Positions 12,501 to 23,235 of a stretch of DNA of 64,000 nt are shown here, piece after piece. This stretch comes from Curvularia clavata. Lineage: Eukaryota. Position 1 is the first letter of the stretch. Each line of letters opens with the position of its first letter. The translations under genes were made by a program, and so were the position numbers. The notes beneath the pieces are model-generated. The model ran no database searches. It was not told where the DNA came from and worked only from the letters and a program-made list of their open reading frames with translations. The stretch lies in contig CP089277.1 of the NCBI GenBank assembly GCA_023920165.1, positions 1,054,001 to 1,118,000 of the forward strand, read 5' to 3'.

Positions 12501-15456
12501 TACCGCTAGGTAGCCGGAATCATTTCCGTACACTAGATCCTAGTCAAGGACTAGGCTCGTGGGTCTTGCCTCTTCCTACATTGTCGCCTTATTCAACGAG
12601 CTCACACTGCACACCGTACAGACATATCTCTCTAAAAGTTGTGGCATTTGCTCGTGCATTCTCTTTAAGTGATTTTGAGACGAGCATGCAGCATATGAAA
12701 TGGCCCATCCATAGATCCCGACAACATAGTGCGATAACAGTCCGCTCAAGAAAGATGAGGCTGTATACGGGAGCTGGGTCTGCGAGTCTGAATCTTGCCA
12801 CCTGCAGTCTCTGTCTGAAGAGCACACGAAACCACAACGAAACCATAGCTTGTTCCTATACAGATAGCTGACAACATCACCGCTTACAACCTGTCTTCGA
12901 GGTAAACATGCGATCCAGAGAGGCTGGCATTCTCTGCGCTTATCGCTTTGTTCCCAATAGCTAATCGAGTTATTTACGGAACACCATTTTGAGCTCGCAT
13001 CATCTTTTAGCTGAGATGGTCCCCGTAGCTGACATGCGTAGGCAACAAACAACCGACTGTGCCCCTGATTCTGTCTCAGGTCATTATCCCATGTGTACCA
13101 GTTTGCCACCGCTGTAATAACCATAGGCTATTCACAAAACCCCTACACTGCTCAGGGTCTGCCGCTAATTGGCTGTCGTTCCTGTCACTTCCGCGTCCCG
13201 CGGGCTGACCATACCTATTGCAACAGGACACCGGTTTTTGCCCCGTGCCCCTTGACATGCCGGTGAAAATAGCGTCGGTTGCACGACGACAGGCATGCAA
13301 CCCTGAATAAGCTTGTTCAGCATCTATCTTTGGGGAACTATCAACACTAGCGTTTCCCCTCACATGTTATCCCCGGACTATGTTGTAGCGCTATGCATTT
13401 ATCGCTCTTTGCTGATTATCAATCAGCACCCTACTCCGGCATCGCAACGACCTTGTGTCCGAGAGACGATGCTCATCGTAAGCATCAAGAGTCATTTTCT
13501 GAGAACAGCAAGAATCAGCCCGCTAGTACTTCAGCTCGACTGGTACGTACTGTTAGCGTGGCTACCGACGCCCCCCGATGTTCACACGATGCTCATGAGC
13601 AAGTGGCGTTCGTCCCGATGGTATGCGCCCGATCACAGCCTTACCTTATCGTTTACAGGGGCTAATCTGTATAGTGTGTGGCAAAGTCGAGTATACCAGT
13701 GGCGTTCACTGCCGACTTGGGTGGCTTGTTGAAGTCAGACGGCAGCAGGCACCCGATGGGAAAACGAGTTCCGGCACCGCCAGGTACAGGTTAAGCGAAT
13801 CCAGCTGCCGAGAAAGCTGGCTCCTTCAAGGGGATTCTTTGCGGGTGGTGATCGATTCTGAAGCTCCAGTATCAGACCAATAATTACATCCAAATGCAAT
13901 GGTTACCAGTTCGATTGAATGAGATTAAATTCAGCTTGCGAAGACGACCAACACATGGCAGAATTCTTAGCAGGTCATAATGTAAATTCTCAAGGAACTC
14001 GTCTATTGATTGGTTCTGCCATGTGAATGCAATCGTGATCTTGATATCTTGGCAAGGCTATTTTCTTTGAAGCAATCTGGTATTTTGGCGATATGCAGGG
14101 GTTCAAAATCTCTCTCTCTACGTAAGTTCGATTGTATCATTGGTCGATATTGCTGAAAGGTTTCACATTTTGCTGAAGCCCGACTCTCGTCGAATCATAT
14201 CCACAACCGCGCGCCAAGAAGACGAAGGTTTCTTTGAGGACATGTAGCTTGGGCGGCCCGGGATGCGCGAACCGTGGTACCCGTGCGGTCGATTTGGCCA
14301 CAACATGAACTTTGTGCCTTAGCTGATCAGGCCAACATCACACGTGAGTTGGCCGAGAGGACCCACAAAAAGCGGATCACTCGATCAAGCGACATGTTAG
14401 TGCAAAGATCTGGTGGCTCTGCTCATTAAACCACCTGTGGTTCATGTATGTTTGACCCACATAGGATGACTAACTAGTTGGCCAGTATACAGTGGCCAAG
14501 ATTTTTGGTTCCGATCACTACCTGCTACACGCGACGAAGAGAATGAAAGCACAGTATAGGCACCTAGCAGACTCATTAGAACTATACTGCAAGTGCTCGG
14601 TGTGATCCAAAAGTTTCCGAATTTGAGATGCCACAGGATCACAAGCACCCAGCGCAAAAGCAACTCATAATTACCTCATGTATCGATACTACACAACGTC
14701 CATCTTCAAGCCTACAATAATCTATGAGTTCAAACCGTTTTGCTCCAGCAGTGTAAATCACTGTCAGCCCTAGATGGCCTGGGGTAACTGCCACAGCAAG
14801 CCCACGCTGTCACCACCCCACACTTGTCAGCTTGTTCTCAGTAAAGATCAGCAGTCGGAGAGGCCGAAAGATACCCCACAGTTGGGAAAGTCGGACCTCG
14901 AAACAAAGCTTGTCTAGCAGCCAGGCGGGTAGGGGTAAGCGACACCCGCATGGCCTATGCACGTGGGTATCACCAGCATGGGGGTCGACCGGCCAAGCTT
15001 GCTGAGTACGTCAGCTGTAAAATATCTAGACCCGCGGTCCACGGGCCCCGTCCTAGCCACTGAAGCTACACATTTAATTGGTGACAGGGCCGTTGAACCG
15101 CAAAGCTAGCCCATTTGGCCAGCCTCTCAACTTTGGTACACTGCCAAAACCTGAGGACACTAAGCGTGTCATCCCATTCTCTTCAGCCTGTTTGCAAACA
15201 CGCTTGGTTGATATGCTTATCCGCTCTTACCGCTACAATGTCTTTGACCCCCATTTCCCATCAACGGTTAGAGAGAGTGTGGTTGAAGGGAAGGCTACTA
15301 GGCGAAGTCTTTTTTGGGTTTAGCGCACGCGTGCTTGCATCCTCCAATACTCTGTCGCTATATGGCGAACGTGCATCGACATCATCGATCGACACCGGGA
15401 ATGTGCTCGGTTAAGCATCCCGTGAGGGAGATCGACACGGCCGGATTAAGCGATGA

Positions 15457-15485
15457 GGGGGTTTGGGGGGTTTGGGGATTTGGGG
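15457..15485 (+). other. Putative G-quadruplex (GGGGG TTT GGGGGG TTT GGGG ATTT GGGG)
   Basis: Four tracts of at least 4 G separated by 3-4 nt loops. Confidence 0.6.
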
Positions 15486-16549
15486 ATGCGACATCATTGT
15501 GCAATCACCACAGCATGACACGCAGGGACTTGTCGGTGTGAGCGAAACAACAACCTCGCAGCAAATGATGACGAGCTGAGAAGATGTGATGCATTAGCTT
15601 GACGAGTCGTATGATACTTTCCACGAAGCGCTTGGCGCTGTGGCTCAGGGGTCTATGGTGCGGACGTTTGGGGCGCAGGGAGTAGGTGTGGTGAACACGT
15701 TGTGCAAAGGAATATTCACTGCAGCATGTTCACTGCAGGGTACCTCAAGCGGCTGTCTTGCCATGTGTCTGCTAAACGGCTCATGACCTGATTCTCAGAT
15801 GACCAAGTGAGATGCATGTCAGCCCCTGGAACCTCCTGGTGATGATTCTCTTACGGTTCCCTAATTGGCATCCGTAAGGCACCACACCTACACACAATCA
15901 AGGAAAGACTGCTGCGTTGAGCGTGAGACGACTATCTTCGTATTGCAACCGTTCAACAAACCTACCTATCCGCCTACCCCCCCAAAGATTATCGCCACTA
16001 TCATACGGCTGTTCGCCCCACTGGCCCCCCGAAATACCGAATCCAGACTTGGTTCTTCAGTATCCCAATTTAGCCTCGCTTGGGCACAGTCAAACGCCTA
16101 TCTTTTTTGGCGAGAGGGGTGCGGAAGCTGCCTGCCAGCCGCCGCGCGCGCGAGCGCCCCCAACAGCCTACCAGGCTGTGGGTAAGACAGAGAGAGCAAA
16201 CAAAGCGGTTGCTTTTTCTTTGTCGCCAGAATCGGGACCGCGCTAGGTACAAGAAGAGTGGGGACATTGCATGCTTAGTCCACCCTTTTGTGCTGGCTAG
16301 TGGCTGTCCAAAAGAAAAGAGAGCCATGCAAAAGAGGCTTAGGTGTCGATCATGCGCTAGCAAAGCATGTGGTGGTGGGATGACTGTGGGTCTAGGATAT
16401 CCTAGTGTACCTTGCAGTTGGAGTGTGTCGCTTGTTTTTTCTTGTGCTTGGGTGTGGTTAATTCCTTTTACGGGTGTTCGTTTGGGTGAGGAGGCTTACC
16501 CTGAGAGTTACGTGCATGCTTGTGTACCTGTCGCAAAAGACTGTTTTTC

Positions 16550-16634
16550 AGGGGTGTGCTTGCGCGCACGCGAGGGGCCCGAGGGGCCCGATGGGTGTAG
16601 TGGCGGGTTTAGTAGGTTGCGAGTTTTTTATATA
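16550..16634 (+). promoter_or_regulatory. Candidate promoter: three AGGGG (STRE-like) elements followed by a TATATA box
   Basis: AGGGG at 16550, 16573 and 16582 (the last two in a tandem CGAGGGGCC repeat); TATATA at 16629-16634; followed by a C/A-rich leader. Confidence 0.5.
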
Positions 16635-16865
16635 GGGACGTGGATTTCCCACGATGGATGGATATTCAGAAGCATCAACATCGAACATCATCTCCTCAAC
16701 TCTACAACTCTCCAACGCTACACGGGTCTCACTGAGAGTCACGCTCTCTTCTCACCAACCAAACACACTCCAACACACACAACTATCAACAACTACACCG
16801 AGTCCCCAAGACTCTTACTACTACAACCAACAACCATTTCCGCCCAACACCCACACTACCGCAAA

Positions 16866-16949
16866 ATGGCTCCTCGTCCATGGACTGTTCTTCCTCCCTG
16901 CCCTGGCCCACCACCAACCAGGCCTCTTCCTCCAATCCCCTCTTCATAA
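16866..16949 (+). CDS. Candidate 27-aa proline-rich micropeptide MAPRPWTVLPPCPGPPPTRPLPPIPSS
   Basis: ATG in strong context (gcaaaATGG) after a TATA box and C/A-rich leader; contains RPLPPIP. Confidence 0.55.
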   Translation: MAPRPWTVLPPCPGPPPTRPLPPIPSS

Positions 16950-17110
16950 GAATCTCATGAAGAGTAATCGGCGGCAAACACTCTGTCCTCACTCATACTA
17001 AAGGACAAAATACTACATCATCACGCCACATTCTACCAACACAAACTCTTATACGCAACACGCGCCAATGCACTGAAGTGTGCAATTGTGCAACTACGAA
17101 ACGACATCGC

Positions 17111-17130
17111 CAACCAACCAACCAACCAAC
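17111..17130 (+). repeat. (CAAC)5 microsatellite
   Basis: caaccaaccaaccaaccaac. Confidence 0.8.
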
Positions 17131-17615
17131 ATCGCCTCCGACCTCCAACCATTACTACATTTTCTTGAACTTGATTTCCATGGCTCCATTATACCAGTAG
17201 CTGCCATGCTACACCTGCTCGCGACTGCTACTTTTCACCTTCACTTCTACCTCCCTACGAAACTTGGATTCGACCGGGACTTCTTCTACTTTTTCTTCTT
17301 AGGTATTCTACGGATGCCTGGCCTATCAAAGGCCCTTTTACTTGAGGGGTGGTTTGGGAAATTGCGAAGGATGAAGGATGGGAGGGAAAGGGGGATGGAG
17401 GGAAGGGAGAGGGAACTATGATAATGACTTGAAATGAAATATTTATTCTGCAAACCTCTTGTGTGCTTTTTTTTTCTTCTTCTGGGGGTGAGTGAGATAA
17501 GGTCGAGGCGAAGTAGGAATAACCGTTGTTCTTCAAGTGGCAAGAGCTTATAGGTCTTTGCTCTACCATCTACATATATACTTTTAGTCACAACTAACAT
17601 ACCCGACATCCCGAC

Positions 17616-18614
17616 CTACTTGCCCCCCGGAAATACCAACCCATTCGCATGCCTCACCTTCTCCATCACCGCCAGCGTATCTCTCGAATGCCTCTCCAAC
17701 CTCTCCAACGCCACCATATCCCTCTCCTCAAAACACCTCGCAAACTCCCTCGCCTCCTCTGTCAAATTCAGCTTCTCGGGCACCTTGATCCCTTGCACAT
17801 CCTCCCTCGTCTTCTTCTTCGGATCCCACAAGACCACCTTGTCGATATCCGTAATCGTCGGCACAATCAAGGTGCCCTTTTCGCCATAAATCTCACTCGG
17901 CGCGTCGGAGTTATAGATCTTGGAGTGGCACAGATGGACCGTGAAGTTTGGATAGGTGAGAATCAAGCGACCGGCTCCATCGGCCCCCGTAGCGATTTTC
18001 ACAGGCCAGTACTGGGCATCTGTCGGTGCGCCGAAGAGATCGACGGCCGCGGCGACACAGTAGACGCCGAGGTCGACGAGGGCGCCGCCGCCCATTTCCA
18101 GGTTGAAGATGTTGGGGACTTCGCCTTGGAGCACTTTTTCGTAGCGGCTGCTGTACTGTGCAAAGTTGATTGAGGCGCCGTAGATAGGGCCCAGGTCGGC
18201 GATCTTTTGCTTGAGGAGCTTGAAGTTGGCTTCTTGAATGTGGCGGAAGGCTTCGACGAGGAGAACGTTGTTTTCCTTGGCCAGGGAAAAAAGGTGGTCG
18301 AGCTCTGAGACGGTGCTGCAGCTGGGTTTTTCAAGGATGACGTTTTTCCCAGAGGTTAGGAAGAGCTTGGCTTGCTCGTAGTGCAGGATGTTGGGGCTCG
18401 CAATGTAGATGGTGTCAATGGTGTTGCTGCTGGCAAGCGCGGACAGGTCTGTGAAGCATGTGATTTGCTTGTCCGTGTACTTGGAGGCAAACTCCTTTGC
18501 GGTCTCTTCTTTCCGGGAGTAGACAGCTGTCAGAGTGTACTTGCCGGTTGCATGGGCCGCCTCGACGAACGAGTGCGTAATCCAATTGGTTCCGATAATA
18601 CCTAGGTTGATCAT
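17616..18614 (-). CDS. Gfo/Idh/MocA family NAD(P)-dependent oxidoreductase (YgjR-like), intronless
   Basis: MINLGIIGTNWI, IYIASPNILHYEQA..GKNVILEKP, QYSSRY, GGGALVDLGVY. Confidence 0.9.
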   Translation of the reverse strand: MINLGIIGTNWITHSFVEAAHATGKYTLTAVYSRKEETAKEFASKYTDKQITCFTDLSALASSNTIDTIYIASPNILHYEQAKLFLTSGKNVILEKPSCSTVSELDHLFSLAKENNVLLVEAFRHIQEANFKLLKQKIADLGPIYGASINFAQYSSRYEKVLQGEVPNIFNLEMGGGALVDLGVYCVAAAVDLFGAPTDAQYWPVKIATGADGAGRLILTYPNFTVHLCHSKIYNSDAPSEIYGEKGTLIVPTITDIDKVVLWDPKKKTREDVQGIKVPEKLNLTEEAREFARCFEERDMVALERLERHSRDTLAVMEKVRHANGLVFPGGK

Positions 18615-19277
18615 TTTGGCTAATGGATGTGAATGTTGATGGAAGAAACAGTGACAGTTTGAACGAGAAGAAAATATATAGGGCCCAATTGATATGTCAG
18701 CACGCCAGACTTTTCTGTTGGTGCCTTGGTGTTTGAGGGGCAGTCGTCTTGACCCCACTAAAGAAGCTGGCGTAGAGTGATGTCATTGGCCGACTGTTAC
18801 GGTTTCCCAAAAGGGAAATAGTCCACAAAAAATGGTAGCTCGCCACATCAAGAGTTCACAAACGTCGGTGTTTTCGGATCATTATTACATTGGATTGGCC
18901 AGGATGCTTGTATGTATGTAGGCTGAGTTCACTAACAAACTCGCTAACTACTCTGTAGAACTACATCTCCTGCCAAGGAGGGTATCGTCTGCTGACAGTT
19001 GTCTCATATTGTGGAATGTATCATACTGTATATCCATGAGACCAAATTTGCGTCAGTGCGCCGTTTGATGAAACGAGCTTCGTAGAACGTTGGATGATCG
19101 TAATGTAAGAAGCAAGAAAAAAACACGTCAATCTGCTTGTTAACGCAGAGACAAGGAAAAGGCATGAAAAACAAACTCCAAAACTCCTCGCGCTGGTAAA
19201 TGAGTGCTGTGAAAATGCGACAATGCTTGCAATAACGCCGGGCAACCCCTGTTGACATGCTGTTTTTTTTTTCGTGA

Positions 19278-20474
19278 TTAGTCCTCCCAAATGGTCTCGA
19301 GGTCCAAGTCTCCTCGTCGTTCGGCTCCGCAGACACTCCACCTCTTCCGAGAGTCTCGCTTGCCAAAGCCCATGCTGCTGCGCCCACGACCCTCAGGGCC
19401 GTCTAGGCTAGACCTCCTCGCATCACCGCCGTCTTCACGATCGGCTGCAGCCTTGAGCCTAGCGATGCGGTCTGCCTCGATTGCTTCTTCCTCGGCATCT
19501 GGACTGTCCTCGATAGTTTCGAGAGAAGAAATCGAAGGGCTGCGGGAACGCATCGACGTGGGGGTAGAGGGCACAGACGAAGATGCAAGCGAAGCGGGGT
19601 AGTTTTCGTTGAACCTGGCTGGTGCAAATAGAGGAGAGGAAGCTGTCGATGTGGGAGTGGTGACTAAAGGATTGCTGGTAGGTGCTGTGCCGAAGGGGAT
19701 AGAGACGTGGTAGAGAGGTGAGACTGGGCGACGTCGTCTGGAAAGCGAGCCGGTACTGCTGTACAGATTGGAGAGGGCCGTGCCGACACGGGGGGTGAGC
19801 TCCAGCTCTGCGTCTTCGGAGATGTCGCACACGCTCGGGGCGCCGTCAAAAGAGCCCATGGATACTGGGCGAATGGCGGAGCCGTAGCGCTCGGGAGGTC
19901 CGGCCGTATGTGGACGGGACTCGAGAGCGCGTGGGCTGCGGGTTCGCTTGGGGGATCGTAGAGGGGACGTGGGCCTAGTGAGCGGCACTGGGCTGGATGG
20001 AAGCATGAGGCTGCCAGTTGGTTGCATGCTTGTCGGTAGCGAGTGGGCTCGTGCCATGGGTATGGCTGATCCGCTCCGTGAGCGAAGGTGAGGGCGAGCA
20101 TACGGCAGTGTGTTTGGCTGATAGGTGGAAAGAGAAGCAAGGGCGTCTGGCTGAGGGTCGGTTTGCGCGCGGGGGGTGGTTGGCCGACGCGAGCTCATGG
20201 TGGTGCTTGAAGAGCTTGCGGGCTGGCGAGCGAAGGCGGCGCTTTCTCCCATGGTGGATGGCGTATCTTGAGGAGGAGGAGGAGCTATTTGGTGGTCCGA
20301 AGATGAGGGTATTTCGAGTGCAGCAGGAGCTGATGTTGGCGGAGCAGGGGGAGTAGGAGCAGGAGCAGGAGGAGCAGTAGGAGCAGTAGGAGCAAAGGTA
20401 GCAGCAGAGTCGTCGTCGTGGGTCAGTTGGCTGGCAGCAGGCGGCGGCGACGAGGAGGGATTTGCGGCAGTCAT
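19278..20474 (-). CDS. Ser/Pro-rich, probably disordered fungal protein with C-terminal KRWSVCGAERRGDLDLETIWED; start uncertain (20474 or 20252)
   Basis: Long low-complexity ORF; RSRSPSISSLETIEDSPDAEEEA and an ordered-looking C-terminal motif. Confidence 0.7.
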   Translation of the reverse strand: MTAANPSSSPPPAASQLTHDDDSAATFAPTAPTAPPAPAPTPPAPPTSAPAALEIPSSSDHQIAPPPPQDTPSTMGESAAFARQPASSSSTTMSSRRPTTPRAQTDPQPDALASLSTYQPNTLPYARPHLRSRSGSAIPMARAHSLPTSMQPTGSLMLPSSPVPLTRPTSPLRSPKRTRSPRALESRPHTAGPPERYGSAIRPVSMGSFDGAPSVCDISEDAELELTPRVGTALSNLYSSTGSLSRRRRPVSPLYHVSIPFGTAPTSNPLVTTPTSTASSPLFAPARFNENYPASLASSSVPSTPTSMRSRSPSISSLETIEDSPDAEEEAIEADRIARLKAAADREDGGDARRSSLDGPEGRGRSSMGFGKRDSRKRWSVCGAERRGDLDLETIWED

Positions 20475-23235
20475 GGCGGCGGTCTGCGCGTATACATAGT
20501 CGACCTGGTCTCGCGAAGCCTTTTGGCACGCGGCGGCGAGGGCGACGGCGAGACTAAGGAGCGCAGGGGGTAGTGCGTTGCTCGTGTGGGTGCTGGGCCG
20601 TGTGCCAACCGCTCGACGCACAATGCGCCTTTGGGCGTTTCAGGCGGCGGGAATTGGGTCTGGCGACGCTTTCAGTGGCCGGAGGCGGCCAAGATGTTTG
20701 ATGCGAGGCGGGTCACATGGGCAGGCGACGTGACGGGTTGGACATGGACGCGACGATGCCGCAGAGAGAGTCGGAGCAGTGTGAGGAAAGCTGGCGATGC
20801 GAGGGCGATGCGACTGCGGGCGGAGGGCGCGGCCAGGCGTCGTGGTACCTGCCGCCGGGACCGCCGCTATCGAATCCGGGGCAGTCGCGCCGCCGAGATA
20901 AGAAGGCGCCGGCCGAGGCTGCACGCCCACAGCTGTACTCTCCGACTTTGTCAAATATCTTAGCATTGCACCCTCTCTTCGCCCACGAGCGTGTGTTTCG
21001 ACGCTGGACCCTGCAAAAGTGCCATGGCGCCAGACCTGTGTCGAGAGAGATTGGAGTGTGTCTTGGCGAGGTGGATGGAGGATGGTTGTTCCCGGCAGCG
21101 TGATTAAGCAACGTCGTGGGTACATGTCAGACCCTGAGTGTGCCTGATTTGAGAGCGTCGCCCAAAGCGGACAGGGCGCCTGCTTTGGGCCAATTGCCGC
21201 CCGCCCGCCCTGGCTCAGGCCGCCGGGCCATTTATTTATGCCTAGTCCCCCACAATTCTACGCGCATTGTAATCGATAGGATTATTGCCTGCATGCCAAA
21301 ACACAACCCCGGCTCTCCAAAGAGACCTCATCTATCTATATATCATTCCCCTTCAAGCACGCCAGATTCAGCACCATCAAGCCGCCGCCCTTTTCTGGCC
21401 TGCTTCTCCGTCTGCTCCAGCGGCCACAGGCGACTCGACTGCACAAGCTCGCAGTCATGCACTGCACGGCCCTTCTCCTCCCTCCGCCTCCGTCTTTTCT
21501 CACCGCATCACCCAGAGCGACAGTCTGGGTTGCAGCACTGAGACGCGTCGCGCAACCTACCACGACTGCGACGCTCTCTCTCCTGCATGCGTCTCCACCC
21601 CGTAAAATCCCTGACTCAGCATCAACGCCGCCCCTCTCCTCAACATTCGTCCTGCACCCCCAACGGCTGCATCCCGCTCTCCCGGCGGTGTAGCAACCAA
21701 ACCTAAATCCTCTCCCTTTGCTCTCTTACTGCATATGTATCCCACTCACATGACCCGGCCAGAACTCTGCTCTCCCTCGCTTCTCGCACCTGCTCTGTTT
21801 TCGTCTCCAGGGTTCACACCAAAAATCAAAAACAAAAAAAATGTCAGTACGACGGCTGTTGCCGTGATGCCAATACACATTCTTCCTTGCGCCCTGACGC
21901 TGAGGCCTCTCCTTGTACAGATATAGTACATGTGGCGTCTGATCATCGACACGATGCGCCATCTCGAGCTAGCCAAAGTAGCCTCGCTCCCCGACCCCCT
22001 TGTCGAGTTTGAGAAATCATCGACATACTCGCCCTCTACTACTATGTGATTGACACCAGAGCTGTTGATGGCTTTCCCACTCTTGACGCTCGTCAAATCT
22101 ATCTTGGCCTTGGCATAGAACTGCACACATGAGATGCATCATCACAACACCTTTCCTCACTGCAGCCCTTGTCGTCTTCGCATCTTCCCAATCTGCCTTC
22201 AAGTTATTTGGCTTCCACCAATCGGCTCGCTGACACTCTCATGACCTGCCGTTCGCTATTCGCTTTGTGTTGGTGCTGGTGCCAAGACGCTAGCTCGACT
22301 ACGCCTTGGCATGTACATCACGCAACTAGCCACTCTTACTACTTTGAACGCCCTGAGGGGAGCCCCTATGCGCTGTCATAGGAACCGGTTGCACAATCCC
22401 CACAGAACAGTGGTCAATTATGCAAGAGTGCGAGCACATGAATCTAGCTGGGGCTCGCGACGATAATGCACATGCAATGTTCAGTGCACCAATATCCTGT
22501 ATCCTCAACTTCGTTAGAGCTCTCAACTGCTGCGCGCGAACAAGCCTGCATCACGTTCTTCCCCAATGAACGCAGCATCCATCAAATTTCATCCAATTGA
22601 TGCGTCCCTCATCGTTCCGTCGCTGCAGTCATCAACAGAACGAGTCGTGTTCCAAAGCCAGTACCATACGTCATTTCTCGCCTAAGCTCTACCGAACATG
22701 TACTCGAGCGACGGCATAGTACGAGCCAGGAAACCACAACCCCCCAGTGCGACTATGCACGGAAAAGTCGCTCCATCCATCCACGTCACCGGGCTGGCTC
22801 GCAAGAAAAATTCTACTGACACCTGACAAGATACCTATTTGTGCGTACTCCGTAGCATCCGGCATGTGGAGAGCCCTCCCGTGTCACAACGGATTGATGT
22901 TGTAGCGAGCAGCGAATGACAGCTTCTTCAACATTCGCGAGCTTCTTTCTACCCCACAGTACTCTCCGCACTCCACTACCGAGAATTAGCCCGACCGTCC
23001 TCGCCCGAGATTCTGCCATTACCCCAGATCTTAAACAGGTATGGAGAAACGAGGAGATTTCCTGCTTTGTCAACATATGTATTTCCCGTCGTTGCATTGG
23101 GCCAGGTACTAGCTACTAGCTACGTACAATGACGACGTCACGGACGATTCTTGGACAAATCGGCGCTATCAGCCGCTGCTATAAAGCTCTCAGGGTACAA
23201 GAGCAACATGTACCAAGCTCTTCTTTGCTGGCACC

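Noticed and set aside
16080..16865. 289-aa ORF that ends in the proline-rich peptide
   Set aside because: Starts at TTG and runs through promoter-like and leader-like sequence with no protein character; only the last 27 codons from the ATG look real
21746..22330. Minus-strand ORFs between the Ser/Pro-rich gene and GH1
   Set aside because: No recognisable domain or consistent splice model; a degraded gene cannot be excluded
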